From assembly GCA_037445735.1 (NCBI GenBank), contig JBBIJY010000001.1, forward strand, positions 96,001 through 160,000: DNA of 64,000 nucleotides, written 5' to 3'. The notes under the pieces were generated by a model. It made no database searches. It worked only from the letters and a program-made list of their open reading frames with translations, and had not been told where the DNA came from. Within the stretch, counting starts at the first letter, position 1. Each line of letters begins with the position of its first letter. This DNA is from Armatimonadota bacterium. GTDB lineage: Bacteria; Armatimonadota; Fimbriimonadia; Fimbriimonadales; GBS-DC. The translations under genes and the position numbers were made by a program. Shown here in pieces: positions 44,019 to 52,834 of this stretch.

Positions 44019-44703
44019 CGTCCCGCCAGATTCGCTCGAAGACCCACGCGGCGCCAGCGGACATCATCAGCGCGTAGCCCAGCACGCCCTGTAAGGCGCT
44101 CCACACGCTCTGATTGAGCAGGGCAGCCTTTGTGCCCGCAATCAGCATCAGCAGCAGCGGCAACAGCAGCGGGAAGGTCAGCACCGCCAGCAAGGCGCCC
44201 CGTACCGCCGTGCGCGCCACCAGCGCGCCACACAGGGTCAGCACGCTCACCAGGCAGAACCCGCCCAGCAGCCACAGCAGCAGGATGCCCGGCAGGTTGC
44301 CCGCAGGCGGCGCAATCATGATGGCGTAAAGGGGCAGCAGCACGAGGCTGATAATCAGATAGAGCGTGGCGTGAAAGAGCCACTTGCCCCAGAAGACCGC
44401 GCTGGGGCGTGCGCCCACACGCAACAGGTCCGCCGTGCCCGTTTCCTCCTCGGTGATGAAGCCGCGCGCCAGCGCGGGGAACAGCCCGAACAGCAGCGCG
44501 AGCCAGAACAGACCCGCCTGAACCCCACTCTCCAGCCGCTCGCCCAGCACCGCGAAGCCGATGCCCACCACCGTCACGACGCCCATCAGCAGCGAGGCGA
44601 CTATCCCCTGACGCAGGCGCCACTCCTGAAGCAAATCTTTGCGCCAGATCGCCACGCTCTCATGCACCCATCGCCAGACAGAGGTCGCCCCAGCGCTCTC
44701 CAT
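44011..44703 (-). CDS. ccmB: Heme exporter permease
   Basis: KDLLQEWR, F..EEETGT..L, LL.VLTFPLLLP; follows ccmA. Confidence 0.8.
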   Translation of the reverse strand: MESAGATSVWRWVHESVAIWRKDLLQEWRLRQGIVASLLMGVVTVVGIGFAVLGERLESGVQAGLFWLALLFGLFPALARGFITEEETGTADLLRVGARPSAVFWGKWLFHATLYLIISLVLLPLYAIMIAPPAGNLPGILLLWLLGGFCLVSVLTLCGALVARTAVRGALLAVLTFPLLLPLLLMLIAGTKAALLNQSVWSALQGVLGYALMMSAGAAWVFERIWRDAT

Positions 44704-45271
44704 CCGCGCGATTGGTGGCGAAGACCGCGATTCCACGCGCTCGCTGTTCATCGAGTACCCGCTCAATTAGCCGCAGACCCGCTGCATCGAGACCCGCGTC
44801 GGGTTCGTCCAGCAGCAGCAGTGGCGGCTCGCCCAGCGTCGCGATAGCCAGGCGCAGCCGCTGGCGCATGCCTGTCGAATAGGCACGCACCCGCTCATGG
44901 GCACGCTCTGCCAGCTCGAACCGCTCCAGATGGGACAGCAGCTGCTCCCGCGTTGCAGAAAGACCCCGCACCGTCGCCCACCAGTGCAAATGCTCACAGG
45001 CGGTCAGCTCGCGATAGAGCGCACCGTCGGTAGCGCACCAGCCCAGCCAGCGCGTGCGCTCCGTTAGCACCCGACCACCATAGAGCAGCTCGATCTGACC
45101 CTCGGTGGGCGCCAGCAGCCCCGCAATCAGACGAATGAAGGTGGTTTTGCCCGAACCGTTCGCGCCACGCACGACCAGCACCGTGCCCTGCGCCACCGTC
45201 AGGCTCAGCCCGCGAAACACCCATCGCTCGCCGAACCGCTTGCCCACCGCCTGACAGCGCAACTCCCACAC
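44660..45271 (-). CDS. ccmA: Heme exporter ATPase
   Basis: GANGSGKT, YSTGMRQR, LLDEP. Confidence 0.8.
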   Translation of the reverse strand: MWELRCQAVGKRFGERWVFRGLSLTVAQGTVLVVRGANGSGKTTFIRLIAGLLAPTEGQIELLYGGRVLTERTRWLGWCATDGALYRELTACEHLHWWATVRGLSATREQLLSHLERFELAERAHERVRAYSTGMRQRLRLAIATLGEPPLLLLDEPDAGLDAAGLRLIERVLDEQRARGIAVFATNRADGERWGDLCLAMGA

Positions 45272-45365
45272 ACTTTAGCATACCTGCTCGTTGCCTATCC
45301 CAAAAGAAGGATTTTCGCTCCGTCTGGGGTATTATAAGGTCAGTCAACTGAATGAGGTGAATGGG

Positions 45366-45821
45366 ATGATACGACTGCTCGATTTTGGGGCGCGCACAGA
45401 GTACGCGATCCGCGCGCTGGCACAGTTAGCGCAGCGCGGCGAGGGCGCGATTGTTACCGTCAAGGAACTGGCGGAAGAGACGGGGATCTCAGTCCACTTC
45501 CTCTACACGATATTTGACATGCTAACGCGGGCAGGACTGGTACAGTTGCATCGGGGTGCCCAGCGCGGCTTCTCACTGACCCGCCCTGCCGACCAGATCA
45601 GCTTCTACGACATCCTGCTGGCAATTGAGGGACCCATCGAGAAACACCACTGCCTGCTGGATCATCGGGCGCCGTGTCGGGCAGATACCCCATGCGCCGC
45701 GCACCACCTGTGGCAGAACCTGCGCGAGAGCGCAGAGCTGGCACTGCGTACCGTCACTCTCGACCGAATCGCTGCGCAAAACCCGCCCTGGCAGCGTCTG
45801 AAGGAGCTGGTTCACCCCTGA
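45366..45821 (+). CDS. Rrf2-family Fe-S transcriptional regulator
   Basis: EYAIRAL, RGAQRGF.L, AIEG, three C-terminal Cys. Confidence 0.88.
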   Translation: MIRLLDFGARTEYAIRALAQLAQRGEGAIVTVKELAEETGISVHFLYTIFDMLTRAGLVQLHRGAQRGFSLTRPADQISFYDILLAIEGPIEKHHCLLDHRAPCRADTPCAAHHLWQNLRESAELALRTVTLDRIAAQNPPWQRLKELVHP

Positions 45822-45982
45822 AAAACGCTCCCTCCGGCACAAAAGTTGCTGCATGCTCTATCGGAAGCAGATGCCTTCATGAAAGGAGAAGGCTGGCTAT
45901 CCAGAAAACCAGCGAAAGGGAGCGAAGCCGTTGTCTGGGGGTGATTCAGCCCCTGGGTGAAAGGGGTCTGGAGTGTGGTGAT

Positions 45983-46017
45983 GGGCGGGGTGCGAATGCG
46001 CCCCGCCCTTCATGTTT
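45983..46017 (+). terminator. GC-rich hairpin, possible terminator or REP-like element
   Basis: gggcggggtgc-gaat-gcgccccgccc followed by ttcatgttt, between convergent genes. Confidence 0.45.
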
Positions 46018-46107
46018 AGCCGCCCGCACCGAAGTTGAACAACACAATCAGCCTTAACCTGCCCCGTCGTGCGCTCAATCACGAGGAAGCGGTTGGGATT
46101 ATCGGGA

Positions 46108-47277
46108 TTATAGCCCATTTTTCGCGATGATGGTTGCGCTTTTGGCTTCGGCGATGGTGCGGCAGCCGATGAGACCGAGCGTCAGGTCGAGTTCGGCGAG
46201 GAAGTTGCGCAGATAGGTCTGCACGCCCTCCGCGCCGCCGATAGCCAGCGCCCACATCACGGGTCGCGACAGCAGCACCGCTTCCGCGCCGAGCGCAACC
46301 GCCTTCAGCACATCGGCACCGCGCCGAACGCCGCCATCGAACAGCACAGGGATGCGTCCCTCCACCGCCTTTGCCACCGTCGGCAGGGCATCCAGCGCGG
46401 CAATCGCGCCGTCCACCTGCCGCCCACCATGATTGGACACGATAATCCCATCCACACCGCGTCGCACCGCCTCCCGCGCATCGTCGGGATGCAGAATGCC
46501 CTTGAGCAGGATCGGCAGGCGCGTCTGCTGGCGCAAGAACCCGAGATCGTCCCATGTGAGCGCAGGGTTGCCGAAAATCTGCGCGAAGTGCAGCACTGCG
46601 CTGCCAGGGTCCTCCTCTGGCGGCTGGGCGAGTGCAGCGCGAAAGGCAGGATCGGTGAAGTAGTTCGCCAGCCCCTCACCGTGCATAAAGGGCAGATAGG
46701 CATGGCTCAGGTCGCGGTCGCGCCACGCCAGCAGGTAAGTGTCCACCGTGACCACGATTGCCTGATAGCCTGCGGCTTCGGCGCGACGCACGAAGCTCGC
46801 CGCCACATTCGGGTCACGGCTCCAGTAGAGCTGGAACCAGCGCGGGGCGTCACCTGCCACCTGCGCCACCTGCTCGATGGGATACGAAGAGACCGTACTC
46901 AAGATGAAGGGGATACCCAGCGCGGCAGCTGCCCGCGCGACCGCCAGCTCGCCGTCAGGATGGAGAATCTTCTGCACACCCACAGGAGCAATCAGCAGGG
47001 GCGCAGGGTAGCGAGCGCCGAACAACTCGATGCTCAAATCGCGCCGGGACACATCGCGCAGGAGGCGCGGCACCAGCCGATACCGCTCGAACGCTTCCCG
47101 ATTCGCCCGCACCGTCGATTCGGAACCAGCCCCACCCGCCACATAGTCATACGCCTCTGGCTTCAGCACGGCGCGGGCAGCCTCCTCCAGCGCCTCCGGC
47201 GAGATCGGAAACGCCTCCCGCTGCCCCATCAGCCCCTTCTGAAATATCTCCAGCTGCCTCTGCATGCCATCTTGCAT
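46108..47277 (-). CDS. FMN-dependent alpha-hydroxy acid oxidase (lactate 2-monooxygenase-like)
   Basis: YVAGGAG, WFQLY, LKGI, SNHGGRQ, DGGVR. Confidence 0.88.
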   Translation of the reverse strand: MQDGMQRQLEIFQKGLMGQREAFPISPEALEEAARAVLKPEAYDYVAGGAGSESTVRANREAFERYRLVPRLLRDVSRRDLSIELFGARYPAPLLIAPVGVQKILHPDGELAVARAAAALGIPFILSTVSSYPIEQVAQVAGDAPRWFQLYWSRDPNVAASFVRRAEAAGYQAIVVTVDTYLLAWRDRDLSHAYLPFMHGEGLANYFTDPAFRAALAQPPEEDPGSAVLHFAQIFGNPALTWDDLGFLRQQTRLPILLKGILHPDDAREAVRRGVDGIIVSNHGGRQVDGAIAALDALPTVAKAVEGRIPVLFDGGVRRGADVLKAVALGAEAVLLSRPVMWALAIGGAEGVQTYLRNFLAELDLTLGLIGCRTIAEAKSATIIAKNGL

Positions 47278-47298
47278 ATATGGGTCACCTCCGATTGT

Positions 47299-48570
47299 TC
47301 AAATGCGTTTCAGGACTATGTCATTTTGAGAAACAGCATAGCCCAAAGTGATTACGGGTTCAACCTGAACCTGCAGTGGATGCTCATACGGGATCTGGAA
47401 TCGATATTGTGAAGAATAGGTTAAGTGACGAGCTTTTCTAAATCCAATCACGACAGGGGTAATAATAAATGGATTTGCAACTCTTGTTATTTGTGATGTA
47501 ACTAATTGTGCAATCCAATACGAGTATTTAGTTATTTGGCTAATTGAATTCTGATCAATTAAATCCTTTTTCAGCTCAATAACTATTGCGCGACAGCGAG
47601 TGCCTTCTTCATTCTGTGTGAGAATCAAAATGTCTGATTTTTCTCCACCTATACCAAACAAAACCTGATTAGAAAACCATTCAATTATTTCTTTTTTATT
47701 TAATTCCAATAAATGAAATAAAGTTTGTGAATTTTTTAATAATTTATACATCATCCAGAACTCTAAAATAGTTTCATATATTACTCTGCCATGACTATCA
47801 TGTAAATACCCCTGAACGCATAGATTGCTGCGCTTAATAGGGTACTTTTGAGAAAAATCTAAATAAAATGAAATTGATTTTATATTGCTTAAAGATGGGA
47901 AACATGGCGCTGTACATGGCACTGGAACAAGTTCGTTTTGCTTTTGGTCCTGTACACGCTGTAATAAGCGCCGGAGTTTGGTTGTCTCTTCTGGAAGAAT
48001 GGGATTAACGCTTCGTTCTCGCCCGGCTCCATAAATCTTCCTGAATATCAGGGTACTCAGGCGACCGTTGTCAGTTATATCAACATATGCAGTATTATCA
48101 TCTAAATAATTTGAATAAATGTGAACCTGTTGAAGCTGAGATCTTAGAGGCAGAATATGACCTTGCAGATACTGCTTACAAGCTGCGCAGACAGGTTTCC
48201 CTTCACTAAGCGAGGACTTTGGACAGCCACACTGTGGACAGCGTGCGTGAATTACGCATCCATCACCATATAAATCATTTGATAAATCTTCGTATGCGAC
48301 TGTTTCGGTATCTGGTAAAGGTATTGCTTCCCATTCACCCATAAAACCGCGCTCATCGGGAGGTTCATCAATACGCCGCTTATAGAAAAAGACGCGAGTG
48401 CCTTTTCTAATATTTGCTAAGTCGACGAGTATACTATAAAATTCCTTAGTATAATAAACATTCCTTGATTTTCTGCTATAATCGGCAGGATACTTAACAC
48501 CTGCTGTTAGTCTGGCAAGGTGTGCACCGATAGAATACTTATCCACAACCATCACCACAGCGTTTTCCAT
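47299..48570 (-). CDS. AT-rich putative nuclease: EVE/PUA-like N-terminus, Zn ribbon, C-terminal PD-(D/E)xK domain
   Basis: DLANIRKGTRVFFY..GFMG; CPQC..CAAC; SDILIL..IVIELKK..QITKY; abuts the MTase. Confidence 0.65.
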   Translation of the reverse strand: MENAVVMVVDKYSIGAHLARLTAGVKYPADYSRKSRNVYYTKEFYSILVDLANIRKGTRVFFYKRRIDEPPDERGFMGEWEAIPLPDTETVAYEDLSNDLYGDGCVIHARCPQCGCPKSSLSEGKPVCAACKQYLQGHILPLRSQLQQVHIYSNYLDDNTAYVDITDNGRLSTLIFRKIYGAGRERSVNPILPEETTKLRRLLQRVQDQKQNELVPVPCTAPCFPSLSNIKSISFYLDFSQKYPIKRSNLCVQGYLHDSHGRVIYETILEFWMMYKLLKNSQTLFHLLELNKKEIIEWFSNQVLFGIGGEKSDILILTQNEEGTRCRAIVIELKKDLIDQNSISQITKYSYWIAQLVTSQITRVANPFIITPVVIGFRKARHLTYSSQYRFQIPYEHPLQVQVEPVITLGYAVSQNDIVLKRI

Positions 48571-49419
48571 TTATGTAGCTCCATTCATTTTCTGAAGTTT
48601 CTCTATCAATCGCTGGCGATAGCGGACAGGGCGGTTCTTAACCAGCTCACTTCGCGGTGTGCGTGGCTTAAAGAACACCAGTACGTACGAATGCACATTC
48701 ATTGCCTGATATGGTTTGGCGCCGAAGGGACGGAAACCTCCCGATCGATAGTAGCGCCAGACATAGAGGTCAAATAGCTCAAAGCCGCGCTCCTGCATGA
48801 GCATAATCACATCCGCATGGAGCGGCAAGATAAGGCGGCTACGAGCAATCCGATAATCTGCCACAAAGATTGCTACATACCGCTCAGGCTTCAACACCCG
48901 TTTTATTTCATCGAAGGCGTTCCCCAGCTCCACAAGAAACTTACTGTAATCCGCTATTGTGCTGAGGTCATTCGTTAAATCTGAATAGCGTATCATGTCC
49001 GCGTAGGGAATATCGGTGATGATAGCGTCTGCACACTCCGATTTGAGCGGGAGAGACCTTGCATCAGCTTGAATGAGCACCTGAGAATCTATGTCAGGTG
49101 GTTCGCTGAAGAGCGAACCGACCATCGCGTTTAATTTTTTCCGAGCGACGCAAAGTGCCTGCGGGTTGATATCGATACTGATTGAGCGACGATGCTGAAG
49201 AGCGCACTCAACAGCAACAGTACCTCCGCCTGCGAAGGGATCAACAATCAGCTCGTGAGGCTGGCTGAGGCGTTCCACAAATGCCCCCATCACCTGGGGC
49301 AAGATTTTGGTGGGGTAGTCAGCGACATTGTGTGGAAAGGGCACGCTTGCCTCGCGCCCCAGGTCAATCACCGACTTATAGCCCACAGTACCGATCTCCA
49401 GTTCGTGCGCTTTCAACAT
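48571..49419 (-). CDS. SAM-dependent N4C/N6A-type DNA methyltransferase
   Basis: Motif I DPFAGGGT, then motif IV variant TDIPY, RVLKP. Confidence 0.85.
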   Translation of the reverse strand: MLKAHELEIGTVGYKSVIDLGREASVPFPHNVADYPTKILPQVMGAFVERLSQPHELIVDPFAGGGTVAVECALQHRRSISIDINPQALCVARKKLNAMVGSLFSEPPDIDSQVLIQADARSLPLKSECADAIITDIPYADMIRYSDLTNDLSTIADYSKFLVELGNAFDEIKRVLKPERYVAIFVADYRIARSRLILPLHADVIMLMQERGFELFDLYVWRYYRSGGFRPFGAKPYQAMNVHSYVLVFFKPRTPRSELVKNRPVRYRQRLIEKLQKMNGAT

Positions 49420-49443
49420 ATCTTTATAGAGGATACCCGATGG

Positions 49444-51558
49444 CTACTCTTCTACCACTTTTGTGAAGTCCGCCAGTGCGAGGTAGAGGCGGTTGGCACA
49501 GGCGAGCAGATTGAGGCGATTGCGACGCAACGCCTCGTCCTCCGCCATCACCAGCACATGGTCAAACAGCTTGTTCACCGGCTCGTCCAGCTGCTCCTGC
49601 AGAAGGGCGTAGAGCGTGCCGTAGTCATGTCGGTAGGCGAGCGCCTCAAACTGCGGGGTCAGCGACTGCAGCACGGCGTAGAGGCGCGATTCGACCTCAT
49701 GCTCAAACAGGGCGGGGTCCACCTCGTTCAGGCTGGCAACCGCGTTGATGTTTTTCTTGCGGGCGGCGGCGATGATATTGGCAGGGCGCGTCGCGGTCAG
49801 CACCAGCGCGCGGAAGCCCGGCTCATCCTGATGCGCTTGAAGCAGTCGCGCTCGCTGAACGAAGCCGTACACCGAATCGTCCCAGCCGCCGCCCAGCGCC
49901 GCGCGAATCAAATCGTACCGAACGCCCTGCTCCTCTAACAGCGCCTCCAGTCGGCTATAGAACAGGGTGCGCAGGTCGGCCTGCACGGCGGGCAGCGGCT
50001 TGAGCGCGACGCCGCCCGCGCGGTACTCATCGTGCGCCACCTGCACCAGCTCCGACAGCGTGGGGTAATCGGGTTCCTCCGCGAGGATTTCCACCACACC
50101 TGCCGCCGCGCGGCGCAGTCCGAACGGGTCCGAGGAGCCTTTGGGCAGGTAGCCCAGCCCCACATAGCCGACCAGTGTATCGATGCGATCCAGCACGGCG
50201 AGCGCGCGTCCAGCGGGCGTGCGAGGCGGTTCGTCGTCGGCGGTGCGCGGCTGATAATGCTCGGCGATGGCTCGCGCCACGCACAGCGGCTCGCCCGACC
50301 GAACCGCGTACTCCTCGCCGATAATCCCCTGCAGGTCAGGAAACTCCATCACCATCTGGGTGGCGAGGTCGGCTTTGCACAGGAAAGCGGCTCGCAGCAG
50401 GCATTCGCGCGTCGGCTGATCCCAGTCGAGTGCGCGCGCCAGCCGCTCCGCCAGTCGCTGGAGACGGCGCGTCTTATCCGCCAGCGTGCCCAGCTTCTGC
50501 TGGAACAGCATCCGCTCCAGCCCCTGCACGAACGCCTCCAGCGGCTGCTTCAAATCCTCCTCAAAGAAGAAGCTCGCATCGTTGAAGCGGGCAATCAGCA
50601 CCCACTCGTTGCCCTCGCGCACATGGTCTGGCTTGCCGTTGTTATAAACTGAGACGAAGCCGGGCAACAGGTTGCCCTCGGCGTTCACCAGCGGGAAAAA
50701 CTTCTCGTGCTTCTTCATCGCGGAAATCAGCACGGGCGCGGGCAGGCGCAAAAAGGTTTCGGGAAAGGCGCCACGCAGAAGATGGGGATACTCCACCAGG
50801 AAGGTGTTCTCTTCCAGCAGGTCATCACTGAGGAGCGGCTGGGCGTCCACCTCACGGGCAAGCCGAACGGCTTCCTCCTGGATGAAAGCTCTGCGCTCCT
50901 CCGGGTCTGCCATCACCCACGCCTCGCGCAGCTGCTGGAGAAAGGTTTCGGGCGAGCGCACTTCGAACGGTTCTGGCGCCCTGAATCGATGCCCGCGGCT
51001 GAATCGTCCCGATGGGATACCGTCCAGCTCGAACTCGATCGCCTGCTCGCCCAGCAGGGCGACGATCCAGCGGATGGGTCGCCCGAAGCGCAGTTTGTGC
51101 GTGCCCCAGCGCAGGGTTTTGGGGAAGCTCATCTCGCGGATGAGCGCGGGCAGGGCGTTCGCCAGCACCGTAACGGCGGGCTGACCCTCGTCGCGCTTGT
51201 GCACGACGGCGTATTCGCCCTGTGGCGTCTCCACAAACTGCACCTGATCAGGCTCCACACCCTGCGAGCGGGCGAAGCCGAGCAGCGCCTGCGTGGGTTT
51301 GCCCTCCGCATCGAAGCATGCTCGCCTGGCGGGGCCGCGCACTACGCGCTCTTCAGGCGTCTGATGGGTTGCCACCGAATCGGCGAGTGCGATCAGGCGG
51401 CGGGGCGTGCCATAAACGCGCACGGTTTCAAATGGCAGGCGCGAGTCGCGCAGGCTCTCTTCCAGCCGCGCTCTCAGCTGCTCCAGCGCACCGCGCATGA
51501 ACGCCGCGGGTATCTCCTCACAGCCAATCTCCAGCAACAGCGACGCAGTTGTACTCAT
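49444..51558 (-). CDS. glyS: Glycine-tRNA ligase beta subunit
   Basis: LLEIGCEEIP, TPRRL, F.RPIRW, SSDPFGLRR, NRLNLL. Confidence 0.95.
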   Translation of the reverse strand: MSTTASLLLEIGCEEIPAAFMRGALEQLRARLEESLRDSRLPFETVRVYGTPRRLIALADSVATHQTPEERVVRGPARRACFDAEGKPTQALLGFARSQGVEPDQVQFVETPQGEYAVVHKRDEGQPAVTVLANALPALIREMSFPKTLRWGTHKLRFGRPIRWIVALLGEQAIEFELDGIPSGRFSRGHRFRAPEPFEVRSPETFLQQLREAWVMADPEERRAFIQEEAVRLAREVDAQPLLSDDLLEENTFLVEYPHLLRGAFPETFLRLPAPVLISAMKKHEKFFPLVNAEGNLLPGFVSVYNNGKPDHVREGNEWVLIARFNDASFFFEEDLKQPLEAFVQGLERMLFQQKLGTLADKTRRLQRLAERLARALDWDQPTRECLLRAAFLCKADLATQMVMEFPDLQGIIGEEYAVRSGEPLCVARAIAEHYQPRTADDEPPRTPAGRALAVLDRIDTLVGYVGLGYLPKGSSDPFGLRRAAAGVVEILAEEPDYPTLSELVQVAHDEYRAGGVALKPLPAVQADLRTLFYSRLEALLEEQGVRYDLIRAALGGGWDDSVYGFVQRARLLQAHQDEPGFRALVLTATRPANIIAAARKKNINAVASLNEVDPALFEHEVESRLYAVLQSLTPQFEALAYRHDYGTLYALLQEQLDEPVNKLFDHVLVMAEDEALRRNRLNLLACANRLYLALADFTKVVEE

Positions 51559-51636
51559 CGCCCGCATTATACCCCTGCCGCCAGCAAGCAGGAAAGCACC
51601 CACCATGGGTGGTATCCTTATTTACAGGCGTCGCTT

Positions 51637-52161
51637 ATGGACACAGAGCAAAAGGTCAGCGAAGCGGTTGAGAGCGGCGAAGGTAGCAACCTGAAACCGC
51701 CGCAGCTGCCGATTGGTATAGAGCTACTGGGCGGTGCAATCCTTTTTCTCTGCTCGGTCGGGTTGCTGGATGTGCTGGGGCTGTGGCGCGGGCGATGGCT
51801 CGACGCGGTCCCTATCATGGCGCTGGGTGCCCTCTGGCTGATCGCGCTGCTCCAGCGCTATACCGAGCGCCCTTACCACCTCATGTATCCCCAGCTACTT
51901 AACCCGCCAGCAGAATGGCTTGGATATCCTGCCCCCGAATGGGTGCGATTGCCGCGTGGCACGCCGTCCATGCTGGCAGGCTGGCTGACTATCGGTGTCT
52001 GCACCTTCCTCTTCATAGTGGGTATTGGTGCGCTCTTCCATTGGGGCACGAATTACAAATTCCATGCGCTCATCATCTCGCTTCACACCCCGCTTGTCCA
52101 CTTCATGTTCGATCGCTGGATTACAAAGGGTTCCCTGCATGCTGAGGAAGTAAACGCTTGA
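51637..52161 (+). CDS. Hypothetical membrane protein (about 4 TM)
   Basis: Hydrophobic segments; TATCCT upstream. Confidence 0.55.
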   Translation: MDTEQKVSEAVESGEGSNLKPPQLPIGIELLGGAILFLCSVGLLDVLGLWRGRWLDAVPIMALGALWLIALLQRYTERPYHLMYPQLLNPPAEWLGYPAPEWVRLPRGTPSMLAGWLTIGVCTFLFIVGIGALFHWGTNYKFHALIISLHTPLVHFMFDRWITKGSLHAEEVNA

Positions 52162-52204
52162 GGTATAGTTCTATCGTAACCCTACTGTGCGGAGGGAGCG
52201 GGCA

Positions 52205-52828
52205 GTGAGTCTGAGTTTGGACAAGATTATGCGGGGGAACCCCTATCTGCGGGCGGTGGCACTCACTTTTGACGACGGTCCCCATCTGAACCGCACGCCA
52301 CGCCTGTTGCGCATTCTGGAGCAGCAGCGCGTGCAGGCAACTTTCTTCGTGGTGGGTAAGCAGGCGCTCAAGTTCCCCCATCTGGTGCGTGCCATCCATG
52401 ATGCAGGGCACACGCTGGGCAATCACAGCTTTACCCATCGTCGCCTGATTTCCTTGCCGCCTGCCATCGTGCGAGCGGAGTGGCGACTGTGCAACCGCGC
52501 AGTTGAGCTGATTACGGGCTACCGAATGCGTTTTTGTCGTCCGCCGGGCGGCGATTGCAATCGCAAGGTGATTGAGATGGCGCGGGCGGAAGGGCTAACG
52601 ACGGTGCTATGGACCGTTGCGCCCAAAGATTACCGCACGCCGCAGGGCGCGCTGATCGAGGCGCGCGTGCTGGAGCGCGTGGTCAACGGCGCGATTATCC
52701 TTTTGCACGATGGCATTCTGCCGATGCTGGAGGTATTACCCCGTATGCTGATCAAGCTGCGGGCACGCGGGTATGAGTTCTACACGATGGAACAGGTCGA
52801 AGCCAGCCTCTATCTGCTGTTGTTGTGA
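52205..52828 (+). CDS. CE4 polysaccharide deacetylase
   Basis: TFDDGP, HSFTH, RPPGG, ILLHD. Confidence 0.9.
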   Translation: MSLSLDKIMRGNPYLRAVALTFDDGPHLNRTPRLLRILEQQRVQATFFVVGKQALKFPHLVRAIHDAGHTLGNHSFTHRRLISLPPAIVRAEWRLCNRAVELITGYRMRFCRPPGGDCNRKVIEMARAEGLTTVLWTVAPKDYRTPQGALIEARVLERVVNGAIILLHDGILPMLEVLPRMLIKLRARGYEFYTMEQVEASLYLLLL

Positions 52829-52834
52829 GCGGTT

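Noticed and set aside
45340-45351. tcagt-ca-actga palindrome upstream of the Rrf2 gene as an operator
   Set aside because: Too short and seen only once.
45936-45980. Possible ninth BoxC-like copy
   Set aside because: Lacks the CCCTCTCCC/GGGAGAGGG core; similarity is too weak.
45897-46118. 73-aa minus-strand ORF overlapping the oxidase stop
   Set aside because: No recognisable motif or SD, and it crosses a strong hairpin.
47278-49443. Mobile element boundaries for the AT-rich cassette
   Set aside because: No direct or inverted terminal repeats, tRNA or recombinase found by eye.
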